This document shows, in pieces, positions 9,438 to 20,285 of a stretch of DNA of 64,000 nt. A program made the position numbers and the translations under genes. Source of the DNA: an uncultured Actinomycetes bacterium (GTDB lineage Bacteria; Actinomycetota; Thermoleophilia; RBG-16-64-13); NCBI GenBank assembly GCA_963841735.1, contig CAWJDT010000001.1, positions 1,408,001-1,472,000 of the forward strand, given 5' to 3'. Under the pieces are notes generated by a model that ran no database searches, was not told where the DNA came from, and saw nothing but the letters and a program-made list of their open reading frames with translations. How positions within the stretch are numbered: the first letter of the stretch is position 1; the number at the start of each line of letters is the position of its first letter.

Positions 9438-12400
9438 TCAGGCCTTCTCTATGCGGACCGCGCATACCTTGAATTCGGCTGTCTTGGCCACCGGGTCGGA
9501 CGCGGAGTTGGTGAGTTCGTTCGTTGGCGTCTCCCAGTAGTGGAAGGTCATGAAGAGCATGCCGGGTGGCACTCGTTCCGTGATCTTCGCGCGGGTCACA
9601 AGCGTCCCGCGGCGCGAGCTTATGCGTAGGCTATCTCCGTCCGATAGCCCGATGCCGGCGGCATCCTCTGGGTTGATCTCGGTCTGCTCGTAGGGAGCGA
9701 GAGAGTCCAGGACGAGTGATTGTCTAGTGGAGACGTTGTACTGGTAGAGCATGCGCCCGGTGCTCAGCAGCAGGGGGTACTCAGCGCTGACGAGTTCGGC
9801 GGGCGCCTCATATTCCACTCCCACGAGCCTTCCCCTTCCCCTCGGGAATGTGTCTTCGTGCAGGTAGGGGGTGCCGGGATGGTCGAGGTCGGGGCAGGGC
9901 CATTGCAGCCCGCAGGCATCCACCCTGTCGTACGTCATGCCGGCATAGGTGGGCGTGAGCGTGCGTATCTCCTCAAAGATGTCCGCGGCCGATTCGTACT
10001 GCATCGGGTAGCCCATCCTGCCGGATAGTTCGGCGACGATCTCCCAGTCGGCCCTGGCCTGTCCGGGCGGCTCCACGGCCTTGCGCACCCGCTGCACCCT
10101 GCGCTCGGTGTTGGTGAACGTGCCGTCCTTCTCGGCGTAGCAGGCGGCCGGCAGCACCACGTCGGCGTACGTCGACGTCTCGGTGAGGAAGATGTCCTGC
10201 ACAACCAGGAAATCGAGGGCGGCAAACGCCTTGCGCACGTGATTGGCGTCGGCGTCGGTGAGCACCGGGTCTTCGCCCATGACGTACATGGCCTTGAGCT
10301 CACCGGCCACCATGGCATCGAACATCTCGGGGGTGCGCAGCCCAAGATCGTGACTTAGTTCGGCGTTCCAGGCCTGCTCGAAGACGGCGGCGACCTCGGG
10401 CTTGGTGACCGAGCGGTAGTCGGAGTAGACGTTGGGCAGAGCCCCCATATCGCAGGCGCCCTGGACGTTGTTCTGCCCGCGCAGTGGGTTGACGCCGGCG
10501 TGGGGCACGCCCACGTGTCCGCTGACCATGGCCAGGTTGGCCAGGTTGATGACGTTGGCAGTACCCGTTGTGTGCTCGGTGATGCCCAGGGTGTAGAAGA
10601 TGCCCGCCCGGGGGGTGTGCGCATAGATGTCGGCTGCCGCCCGGATGTCATCTTCGGGCACCCCTGTGATCTCGCTGACCATGTCGGGGGTGTACTTCTT
10701 GACGACCTCCCAAAGGTCGTCGTAGTTCTCGCAGCGCTTGGCTATGAACTCCCAGTCGGCCCAGCGTTCGTTGATGATGATGTTCATCATGCCGTTGATG
10801 AGGGCGGCATCGGTGCCCGGCCTCAGTCGCAGCCAGAGCGTGGCATGATCCACCAACTCGGTATGGCGGGGGTCGGCGACGATGAGGCGCGCGCCCTTGC
10901 GGGTCGCGCGCTTCATCTTGCCGCCGATGATGGGGTGAGCTTCGGTGGTGTTGGACCCTATGACCAGGAGGGTGTCATAGGACTTCCACCTCGCTCAAGG
11001 AGTTGGTCATCGCTGCGCTTCCGAACGATGTGGCCAGACCGGCCACAGTGGGAGCGTGTCAGGTTCGTGCGCAATGGTCGAGGTTGTTGGTGCGCATCAC
11101 CACCCGGACGAACTTCTGCATGAGCCAGTTGTCCTCATTGGTGCAGCGTGCCGAGCTCAAGGCCCCAAAGGCGTCGGGTCCATGTTCGTCCCGGATGGCG
11201 GCCAGCCGCTCGGCCACCAGGCCCAGAGCTTCGTCCCAGGTAGCGGGCTCGAGCACTCCGTCCCTGCGGATGAGCGGAGTGGTGAGCCGGTCGGGACTGT
11301 GGATCATGTCGGTGTGGAAGCGTCCCTTGACGCACAGGGCCGTCGCCGTTGACCGGCGCGTCGGGCGCCGTTGTGACGCCCACCACCCGGCCGTCCTTCA
11401 CGTTCAGATCGAAGTTGCAGCCTGTGCCGCAAAGGGGGCAGGTGGTGCGGACCCGCTTGATGTCCCACTCATGGATGCCTTTGAGCTGCGCGTTGACCAA
11501 GGCCCCGGTGGGGCAGGCGTCCACGCACTGGCCACAGGAGACGCACCCGGACTCTCGGTAGGTGGCGCCCCGTAGGGCGGGATACCCGGCGTCGTCGATC
11601 TGGTAGACGCGGTAGCTCTCCAACTCGTCGCAGACTCGGACGCAGCTGTGACACTGGATGCAGCGCTTGCGGTCGAGCTCCAGTATCGGCGAGCCGTCGA
11701 ACAGTTCGAACTGCCCTCTGTCTCCCTTGAACTCCTTGGTGCCGGCGCCATAGCGGATGGCCAGTCGCTGCAGGTCGCACGCGGAGGCTTCGTGACAGGT
11801 GCACTGCAGGCAGCGGGCCGCCTCTTTACGGGCCGTCGCTTCGTCGAAGCCCAACTCGACCTCGTCGAAACCGCCCCGCTCCGCGACCGGCAGCACCGGC
11901 ATGTGGCTGCGGGCCTCATCGGAGAGTGGCTTTGCCCCTATGTCGAAGAACACCGGCTTGTGCCGCTCCAGGCGGGCGCCGGGCGCGGCACAGGCCGCTT
12001 CCGGGCTCTCTCCCGAGATATACGCGTCGATGGCTACGGCTGCTCTGCGTCCGGCGGCGATGGCTTCGACCACTGTGGCCGGGCCGGTCTCGCAGTCTCC
12101 TCCGGCGAAGACGCCCGGGCGGCTGGTCAGCAGAGTCAGCTTGTCGGCGGCGATGGTGCCCCGCGCGGTGAGGTCGCAGACTTCGGCGACGTCGGCCCCT
12201 TCGACCTCCTGTCCCAGGGCGAGTATCACTGAGTCGGCCGGCAGGGTGAATTCCGAGCCGGGGATCGGGTGGGGCCTGCGGCGACCGCTCTCGTCGGGTT
12301 CGCCGAGGGCCATCCTCTGGCAAACGAGGCCGGTGAGAAGCCCGTTCTCACGGACGATGGACACGGGAGAGGTGAGGAGCACGAGGCGGGCGCCTTCTTC

Positions 12401-13554
12401 CACGGCTTCGTGCACCTCGTCGGCCGTGGCCGGCATCTCCTCCCGGGTGCGCCGGTAGGCGATGGTCACCTCGGCCGCGCCCAGGCGGAGGGCCGACCGG
12501 GCTGCATCGACGGCCGTGAAGCCACCGCCGAGCACCAGGGTCCTGCCCAGCGGCCTCGACCAAGAACCGGCATTGCTGTCTCGCAGAAAGTCCACGGCCG
12601 AGTAGGCCCCTTCTCCTTCGTCCGCCCCGGGAATGCCCGGCGGTGGAGCCGCACTGTGCGCCGATGGCGAGGAAGGTGGCGGTGAAGCCCGCAGCTTCGA
12701 GGTCCTCGAAGGTGAAGTCTTCGCCTAGGCGTTTGTCCAACTTCAGTTCCACCCCGAGGGCAAGGATGTCGGCCACATCTTCGGCGATAGCCTCGCGGGG
12801 AAGCCGGTAGGGAGGGATGCCGTTCAGCACCATGCCCCCCGGCAGCGAATTGGCTTCAAAGATGGTGACTTGGTGGCCGGCGAGGGCCAAGTAGTAGGCA
12901 GCCGTGAGGCCCGAAGGTCCGCTGCCGACAATGGCGACTCTCTTACCGGTGGAAGGCGCCCGCTCCTCTATCAGACACGCTCCCGCCTTGTCGGCGGCAA
13001 AGCGCTTGAGGTGGCAGATGGCCACGGGTTCTCCGTCGATCTGCGTCCGCCGACAGGCGCGTCTCACAAGGCCGGGGGCAGACCCGCCCAATGATGCGGG
13101 GCAGCGGCAGCCGTTGCCTGATGATCCTCACGGCCTCGGCGTCTTCCCCGCTGGCGATGGCCGCCAGGTAGGCGGGGATGTCGATGCCCGCGGGACACGC
13201 GTAGTGGCAAGGGGGCTCGCAGTAGGCGTTGTGGTCGGAGAGGATCTCGTTGAGACGGGAGCGGCGAGTCTCGGCCACTCGCGGGCTGAGCGTCATGACC
13301 TCCAAGCCGTCGCTCACCGGGGTTTCACAGGCCTGCACAAGTCCTTCTCCGACCACCTCCACCACGCACAGTCTGCAGCGTCCGGCCGGAGTCAGGCGAG
13401 GGTCGTGGCAGAGGGTGGGGATCGAGATGCCGTTCGCCTCCGCGGCCTCGAGTATGGTCATGTGCGAGTCCACCTGCAGGTGACGGCCATCGATGAACAC
13501 AGCCACTTGCCAGGCGTCGTCTCTGATGATCACCGGTCTCGCTCCTTCGCTCAT
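9438..13554 (-). CDS. Selenocysteine-containing formate dehydrogenase alpha chain fused to a GltD-like FAD/NAD(P)H module (~1370 aa; 4 frameshifts near 13062, 12637, 11344, 10984)
   Basis: 2Fe-2S (IPTLC...CRLCVVE...QAC), CEPPCHYACP/GRVCPRPCE, GSGPSG, GGGFTAVDAAR..YRRTREEMPA, 2x CxxCxxC, TTCPLCGTGC, DHCART-UGA-HAPTVAGL, PLRGQNNVQGACDMG, EFKVCAVRIEK. Confidence 0.88.
11016..11061 (-). promoter_or_regulatory. Sec UGA codon (11059-11061) and bacterial SECIS element
   Basis: Minus strand UGA CAC GCU CCC ACU GUG GCC GGU CUG GCC ACA; stem UGUGGCC/GGCCACA with GGUCU loop, parallel to E. coli fdhF SECIS. Confidence 0.85.
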
Positions 13555-13555
13555 G

Positions 13556-14215
13556 CTATCCCCCCTTGTTCTCCAGAGCGCGCTGACAGAATCTCACGCC
13601 CTCCATGGCGTCGTTGGTCCAGTGGTCGGCGCCTACGTACTGGGCCACTTGCTCGTCGATAGTCCCGCCGCCGATGACGAAGAGCGGCATGGAGCTCGAA
13701 CTCGTGCGCGTTCTTGCGGAACAGCGCCACGGTGTCACGCATGGCCGTGAAGGCCAGCGACAGGAGGCCGGATAGGCCCACGATATCCGGACCGAAGTCT
13801 ATGGCCGCCTCCAGGAAGCGGTGAGAGGGCACGTCCACTCCCAGGTCCTCTACCGTGAACCCGAAGGAGCGAAACGCCAGAGCGGCCATGTTCTTGCCTA
13901 TGTCGTGGATGTCCCCGGCCACCGTGCCCAGCAGCACCCGGCCGGAGGCGTTGCCCACCAGTTCGTTCTCCAGTCCCGGGCCGGGCCAGCTCCATCACGC
14001 CGCGAGAGATCTCGCCCGCCATGATCAGGCCGGCCAGATAGATGTCCTGTCGCTCGTAGCGCTCGCCCACGGTGCGCATGCCTGCCTGGACCGCGTGCAC
14101 GATGTCGACCGAGTTCTCCCCGGCCGCGAGGGCCTCCTTCGACCAGGCGTAGCACCCTCTTCTCGTCGAGCGCTGAGACCGCCTCGCTTATGGTCGCCAT
14201 GATCTGTGTGTGCAC
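13556..14215 (-). CDS. Cobalamin (B12)-binding corrinoid protein (frameshifted ~14130, ~13980, ~13695)
   Basis: Cap domain GMRTVGERYERQDIYLAGLIMAGEI, GTVAGDIHDIGKN (DxHxxG), VGLSGLL, IGGGTIDEQVAQYVGAD; GGAGG RBS before GTG 14215. Confidence 0.85.
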
Positions 14216-14231
14216 TGGCTGTTCCTCCCGC

Positions 14232-15105
14232 TCATGCCGGCGGCTCCCCGAGGGATTGGGGGCCGCCCCGATGTTGGTCGTAAGACGGAACTGATCGGCG
14301 CGGCACAGGAACCGGCCCCAGCTGACCGGCCGGCCTTCGAAGTCGTGAAACAGGCTCTCGAGGCAGAAGACGGGCGATCCTTCGTCGGCACTCCAAGAAG
14401 CCTGCCGCTTCACTATCTAGGCTGACCGCCTGTATGGTCAGGCGGCCGCTGAGCATTCCCTCACCCTGGGCTGGAGGAGAACAGGCCCTCGAGCGAATTG
14501 ATCTGAAGCTGTGCTTCCACCAGGGGACGGTGCTCGTCGTACACCACATGCTCCTGTTGGTAGATCAAGGGCACTCCCTTGCGCTTGATGAGGCGGCGCA
14601 TGTATACGATGGGGTCTCCGTCGGCGAGCTGCAGGGTGGCCGCCACGTGCGCGTCGGCCGGGATGATCCTCGCTTCGAGCAGCAGCACGTCCACCGTGGC
14701 GTCGTCCATCCAGAGGTCGGTGATCTCTTGGAGACGGAAGACGGCTTCGGTAATGTCCAGGGGGCGGACGAAGGTGCCCTTGCCCCGGGTGGTGGTGACC
14801 AGGCCCCGGTCCAGCAGGATGGTGACCGCTCTGCGGACCGTCACGGGGCTGACCCCGAACTGAGTGCGCAGTTGCGGTTCGGTGGGGAGCTGGTCGCCGG
14901 CGCGATAGACTCCGGCGGCGATCTGCTCGGCGATGGCGTCGGCGATGAGCAGGTAGGCCGGGTCGCGCAGGGGGTGGGCGGCGCTCCGCGATGTCAGTGC
15001 CCGCCTGGCCGCGGGGTGGAACGCAGACCCGCTCGGCGGGGTTTTGCCGTCGCCGTGGGCCGCGGGCCTGCTTTCCGCAGTTTGTCTTCGCACCTCTTGT
15101 GGCAC
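14232..15105 (-). CDS. GntR (HutC-type) transcriptional regulator with UTRA domain (frameshifted; 3' end uncertain)
   Basis: AYLLIADAI...GDQLPTEPQL..QFGVSPVTVRRAV...GKGTFV; UTRA C-term GSPVFCLESLFHDFEGRPVSWGRF in ORF 13898..14413. Confidence 0.82.
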
Positions 15106-15139
15106 CTTATCCTCAGAACTCCAGAAGGACTTGCGGATT

Positions 15140-15155
15140 TAACTATATAACTATA
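15140..15155. promoter_or_regulatory. AT-rich candidate GntR operator between the divergent operons
   Basis: TAACTATATAACTATA in GC-rich background, resembling HutC-type GTTATATAAC sites. Confidence 0.3.
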
Positions 15156-15247
15156 GAATACCGCCACGGCAGATGGAAGGGCCTGCCGGAAGTTTCTTGT
15201 ACCACCCGCTCTCGAGGGGGCGGACTATCGGAACGGAGCCACGGAGC

Positions 15248-16914
15248 ATGAAGAGCGATATTGAGATCGCGCAGGAAGCCACCCTTATCCCGATAGCCGA
15301 GATAGCTGCGGGTCTGGGGCTCGGGGTCGATGACATCGATTCGTACGGCAAGTACAAAGCCAAGATCCACAGCAGACGTTCTCGAGCGGCTGAGAGATCG
15401 CCCTGACGGCAAGCTGGTCCTTTGCACGGCCATCACTCCCACTCCGGCCGGTGAAGGCAAGACCACCACCAACGTGGGCCTCTCCATGGGCCTCAACAAG
15501 ATCGGCAAGAAGGCCATATGCACGCTGCGCGAGCCTTCACTGGGACCCTGCTTCGGTATCAAGGGCGGAGCTGCCGGCGGCGGATACGCCCAGGTGGTTC
15601 CCATGGAAGACATCAACCTGCATTTCACCGGCGACCTTCATGCCATCAGCACCGCCCACAACCTGTGCGCCGCCGTGCTCGACAACCATCTGTTCCAGGG
15701 CAACGAACTCAACATCAACCCCAACGACATCTCCTGGCCCCGGGTGGTCGACCTCAACGACCGGGCACTTCGCCAGATCACCATCGGCCAAGGCGGAGAG
15801 GGCGTCGAGCGCAAGACTCGCTTCGACATCACCGTGGCCTCCGAAGTCATGGCCATCCTCTGTCTGGCCACCGACATCGAAGACCTCAAGGCCCGGCTCG
15901 ACCGCATCATCGTCGGCTCGACTCTCTGGGGCCGCAAGGTGACCGCGCAAGACATCAAGGTTTCTGGGTCGATGGCGGTGCTCCTCAAAGACGCCTTCAT
16001 GCCCAACTTGGTGCAGACCCTGGAGAATACTCCGGCCATCATCCACGGCGGACCGTTCGCCAATATCGCTCACGGCTGCAACTCGGTGCAGGCCACCCGC
16101 ATGGCTCTCAAGCTGGGCGACTACTGCATCACCGAGGCCGGTTTCGGCGCCGACCTTGGTGCCGAGAAGTTCTTCGACATCAAATGCCGCTACGCCGGTC
16201 TGCAGCCCGATTGCGTGGTCTTGGTGGCGACCATCCGGGCTCTCAAGATGCACGGGGGCAAGGCCCTGGCCGATCTCAAGAACGAGGATCTGAAGGCCCT
16301 CGGCGCCGGTGTCGAGAACTTGGAGAAGCACCTTGAGAACCTGCAGTCGTTCGGACCGCCGGTGATCGTGGCCATCAACCGCTTCCCCGACGACACCGAC
16401 GCCGAGGTGGCGCTGCTCCGCGAGCGCGTCGAGGCCATGAACGCCAAAGTAGTGCTCTCGGACGTGTGGGCGCTTGGCGGCGAAGGCGGTGTCGAACTGG
16501 CCGAAGAAGTGGTGCAGGCCTGCGAGTACGAAGGAGAAGCCGCCGCTCAACTACGTCTACGAGTTGGGCATGACCATACCGCAGAAGATCGAGGCCATCG
16601 CCACCAAGATCTACGGGGCCGACGGCGTGGACTACCACTACGAGGCCACGGCGGCCATCGAGCGCTTCACCCGTCTCGGCTACGCTACTCTGCCTGTCTG
16701 CATGGCCAAGACGCAGGCTTCGCTCTCCGACGACAAGACCAAGATCGGGCGGCCGCGCGACTGGAGACTCACGGTGCGGGAGATCCGACTGTCGGCAGGC
16801 GCTGGGATGGTGGTGCCGGTCTGCGGGACCATCATGACCATGCCGGGGTTGCCCAAGAAGCCGGCGGCGGAGAAGATCGACCTGGTCAACGGCGAGATCG
16901 TCGGGCTGTTCTAG
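15248..16914 (+). CDS. fhs: Formate--tetrahydrofolate ligase (frameshifts ~15370 and ~16535)
   Basis: [86 protein letters not shown]...GLF. Confidence 0.95.
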
Positions 16915-16964
16915 CCGGCGGTTCACTCATGCGAGCGGCGTCTTTGAACGACAAGGAGAAGCAC

Positions 16965-17643
16965 GTGACCGAACGAGCATACGTCGACGGGACGATCGGA
17001 GCCTACCTGGACAAGCTGGCCGGCGAGTCGCCGGAACCGGGCGGGGGTAGTGTCGCCGCTCTGGTGGGGGCCCTGGGCGCCGGTCTGGTCACCATGGTGA
17101 CCAGTCTGACACTGGGCAAAGAGAAGTACGCGGCCGTGCAGGACGACATGGCCGACATCCGAGAGCGCGCGGAGAAGCTGCGCGCCCGTCTGCAGGAGCT
17201 GGTGACCCTCGATGCCAGGCGCCTACGCGGAAGTCGCCGCCGCGATGAAGCTGCCCCAGGACGATGAGCCGCAGAAGGCCGAGCGCAGCCACGAAGCTGC
17301 AGGCGGCTTTGAAGGGCGCGGTGGAGGTGCCGCTCGAGATCGCCGAGGCCGCGGCCGAAGTGGCGCGGCTCTCGCTTCCGGCCGCCGAGAAGGGCAACGC
17401 CTACGCGGTCTCCGACGCGGCGGTGGCCGTGGTCTTGGCCGACGCCGCTGCGCAGTCGGCGGCGCTCAACGTGAAGATCAACGTTTCCTGGATCGACGAC
17501 AAGGACTTCACGGCGCGATCGCTGGGCTCGCATCGAGGCGCTGCTCTCCGAGACGGCGCAGCCTGCGCGACATGGTGCTCGCTCTGACGTACAGCAAGAT
17601 ATGGCCGGGCCCCGAGGTCGCAGGCGGTCGCGGGCGACACTGA
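16965..17643 (+). CDS. fchA: Methenyl-THF cyclohydrolase / formiminotransferase-cyclodeaminase C-terminal family (several frameshifts)
   Basis: [61 protein letters not shown]; position between fhs and folD. Confidence 0.85.
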
Positions 17644-17657
17644 GTAGGGAGGTATCT

Positions 17658-18628
17658 GTGGCAGCCAAGATCATCGACGGCAAAGCGATAGCCGACGAGT
17701 TGCGGGTCGAACTGGCGCGCGAACTGGAGGAGCTCAAGGCCGCCGGCGCCCAGCCGGGCATCGCTACTCTCATGGTGGGCGAGGACTTCGGGGCGGGCAT
17801 GTACCGGGGCGCGGTGGAGAAGTTCTGCGGCGAGATGGGCCTGGGCTACCGCAGCGAGGTGCTGCCCGCCGACGCCGGCGAGGCCGCCGTCGTGGCGGCC
17901 GTGAAGGCCTCAATGCCGACCCGGCCGTGTCGGGCATCCTGCCTCTGCGGCCCTTTCCGGCCCAGGTCTCCGATTCGGTGGTCATCGGCTCCATCGACCC
18001 GGGCAAGGACGTCGACTGCTTCCATCCCTTCAACATGGGCCGCCTGGCCCTGGGGGAGCCCACCTTCCCGCCGGCGACTCCGGCCGCGTGCATGGAGCTG
18101 TTGGAGCGGTACCTCACCGGCGAAGGCCACGACGTGGCCGATGCCCTTGAAGGGGCCGAGGTGTGCGTGGTCGGTCACTCCAACACGGTGGGCAAGCCGC
18201 TGGCCCTGCTGCTTCTCAACCGCAATGCCACCACTACGGTGAGCCACGTGTTCACCTCCAACCGGGGCAATCTGGCCAAACACACCAAGGGGGCCGACTA
18301 TCTGGTCGTGGCGGCCGGCGTTCCGCAGCTGGTGGGCGCCGACCTGGTCAAAGAAGGCGCCGTCGTGCTGGACGTGGGCATCAACCGCGTGGTGGTGTGC
18401 CCCAAGTGCGGGGCCCTCAACCGAAGCAAGAAGAACCCCTGCAAGGTCTGCGGGGCCGACCTGGCCGAGGCGCAGAACAAGACCGTGGGCGACGTCGACT
18501 TCGAAGGCGTGTCCGCCAAGGCCGCGGCCATCACTCCCGTGCCGGGTGGCGTGGGCGCGGTGACCAACATGATGCTGGCGCGCAACACCCTGCGCGCGGC
18601 CCGCGCGCGACTCGACAAAACAGAGTAG
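17658..18628 (+). CDS. folD: Methylene-THF dehydrogenase (FolD family) with zinc-ribbon insertion (frameshift ~17910)
   Basis: AKIIDGKAIA, IDPGKDVDCFHPFNMG, PATPAAC, VGHSNTVGKP, DVGINR...GDVDF, ITPVPGGVGAVT. Confidence 0.9.
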
Positions 18629-18657
18629 CCCTCCCGGGGAAACGGAGGTACGGCAAG

Positions 18658-19336
18658 TTGATCATTTCTCAGAAGAAACCGTTTGAGGAGATCCTCGAGG
18701 ATCTCGAAGGCGACACGAAGGTAGTCATCCTCGGCTGCGGCGAGTGCGCCACGGCGACCCGCGACCGGAGGCGAGCCGGAAGTCGCCGAGATGAAGGCGG
18801 CCCTGGAGGCCGTCGGCAAAGAGGTCGTGTTCACCGAGATCGTTCACACCGGCTGTCACGAGCTCGACGTCAAGCGCATCCTGCGGCAGAACAAGGAAAC
18901 AGTCGGCAAGGCCGACGCCTTCCTGGTCCTGTCCTGCGGGGCGGGCACCCAGGCCTGCCGCGCCGCCACCGACAAGCATGTGGTCCCCGGGTGCGACCCC
19001 TTGTTCCTGGGCAACATCCAGCGCTCCATGGACTTCGTGGAGAAGTGCTCCCATTGCGGCGCCTGCGTCATCGACGACTACGGGGCCATCTGCCCGATCA
19101 CACGCTGCGCCAAGGGCCTCGTGAACGGTCCCTGCGGCGGTACCAGCCACGGCAAGTGCGAGGTCGATCCCGAGATGGACTGCGCCTGGACGCTCATCCA
19201 CGAGCAGCTGAAGAAAGAGGGCCGCGAGGACAAGCGCACCCGCATCCACGAGCCGAAGGACTGGAACGTCATCAAGCGCCCGGGCGTGTTGGCGGAGCGC
19301 GGACCGGACAAGCAGAAGATGGGGAGCGAGAAGTGA
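18658..19336 (+). CDS. metV: Methylene-THF reductase small Fe-S/Zn subunit MetV (frameshift ~18760)
   Basis: IISQKKPFEEI, GCGECAT, TGGEPEV, LSCGAG, CSHCGAC, ICPITRCAKGLVNGPCGG...KCEV...CAW. Confidence 0.88.
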
Positions 19337-20239
19337 TGGGCACCTATCGCGACGCCTGTGAAGCCGGCAAGTTCGTCATCTCGGGCGAGATCGGCCCGCC
19401 CAAGGGCACCAATGTCGAGACGATGCTGCACCACATCGACATGCTCAAGGGCATGGTCGACGGCCTCAACGTCACCGACAACCAGAGCGCGGTCATGCGG
19501 CTGGGCTCTCTCGCGGTCTCGGGCGAGATCGTGCGCCGCGGCGGCGACCCTGTGTTCCAGACCACCTGCCGCGACCGCAACCGGCTGGGCCTGCAGTCCG
19601 ACCTGCTGTCGGCGGCATTCCTGGGCATCACCAACGTGCTCTGCCTCACCGGCGACCACCCCATCGTGGGCGACCACAAGCAGGCCAAGGGCGTGTTCGA
19701 CTTCGATTCCGTCCATCTCATCCAGTGCTGCAAGAAGATGAACTCCGGCACCGACTGGGAGGGCAACGAGCTCGACGGAGCCACCGACTTCTTCGTGGGC
19801 GCGGTGGTCACGCCTGAGGCCGATCCGATTGAGCCCCAGATGTACAAGTTCGCGCGCAAGGTGGAGGCCGGTGCCGACTTCTTCCAGACCCAGGCCGTCT
19901 ACGACATGGACCACTTCCAGCACTTCATGGAGCAGGCGCGCGAGATCACCGCGGGCACCAAGGCCAAGATCATGGCCGGGCTCGTGGTGCTCACCGGAGT
20001 GGGCATGGCCAAGTACATGAACCGGGCCGTTCCCGGCATCTTCGTGCCCGACGCCCTGCTCGAGGAGCTGGGCAAGCGTGCCGAAGGAAGAGCAGCAGCA
20101 GAAGGGCATCGAGATCGCCGCGCGCCACATCCGCTTCCTGCGCGACAACAAGATCTGCGACGGGGTGCACGTCATGGCCATCGGCAAAGAGGAGATCGTT
20201 CCCGAGATCCTCGCTCTGGCCGGGGTGAACGGGATATGA
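19336..20239 (+). CDS. metF: Methylene-THF reductase catalytic subunit (frameshift ~20075)
   Basis: EIGPPKG, NVTDNQSAVMR, TCRDRNRLGLQSDLL, LCLTGDHP, GADFFQTQAVYD, GVHVMAIG; TGATG overlap with metV. Confidence 0.92.
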
Positions 20240-20285
20240 GCGCCTGGATCAGCCAAGTGCCGCGGGCGCCGCGGAGGGCCCACCC

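Noticed and set aside
10978-10990. Second in-frame TGA in FDH as another Sec
   Set aside because: It arises from a frameshift (true reading ...EVESYDTLLVIGSN), is not at a Cys position and has no SECIS.
15330-17267. 645-aa Fhs-FchA fusion ORF
   Set aside because: The middle part is out-of-frame sequence. The true Fhs C-terminus ends at 16914 and fchA has its own RBS.
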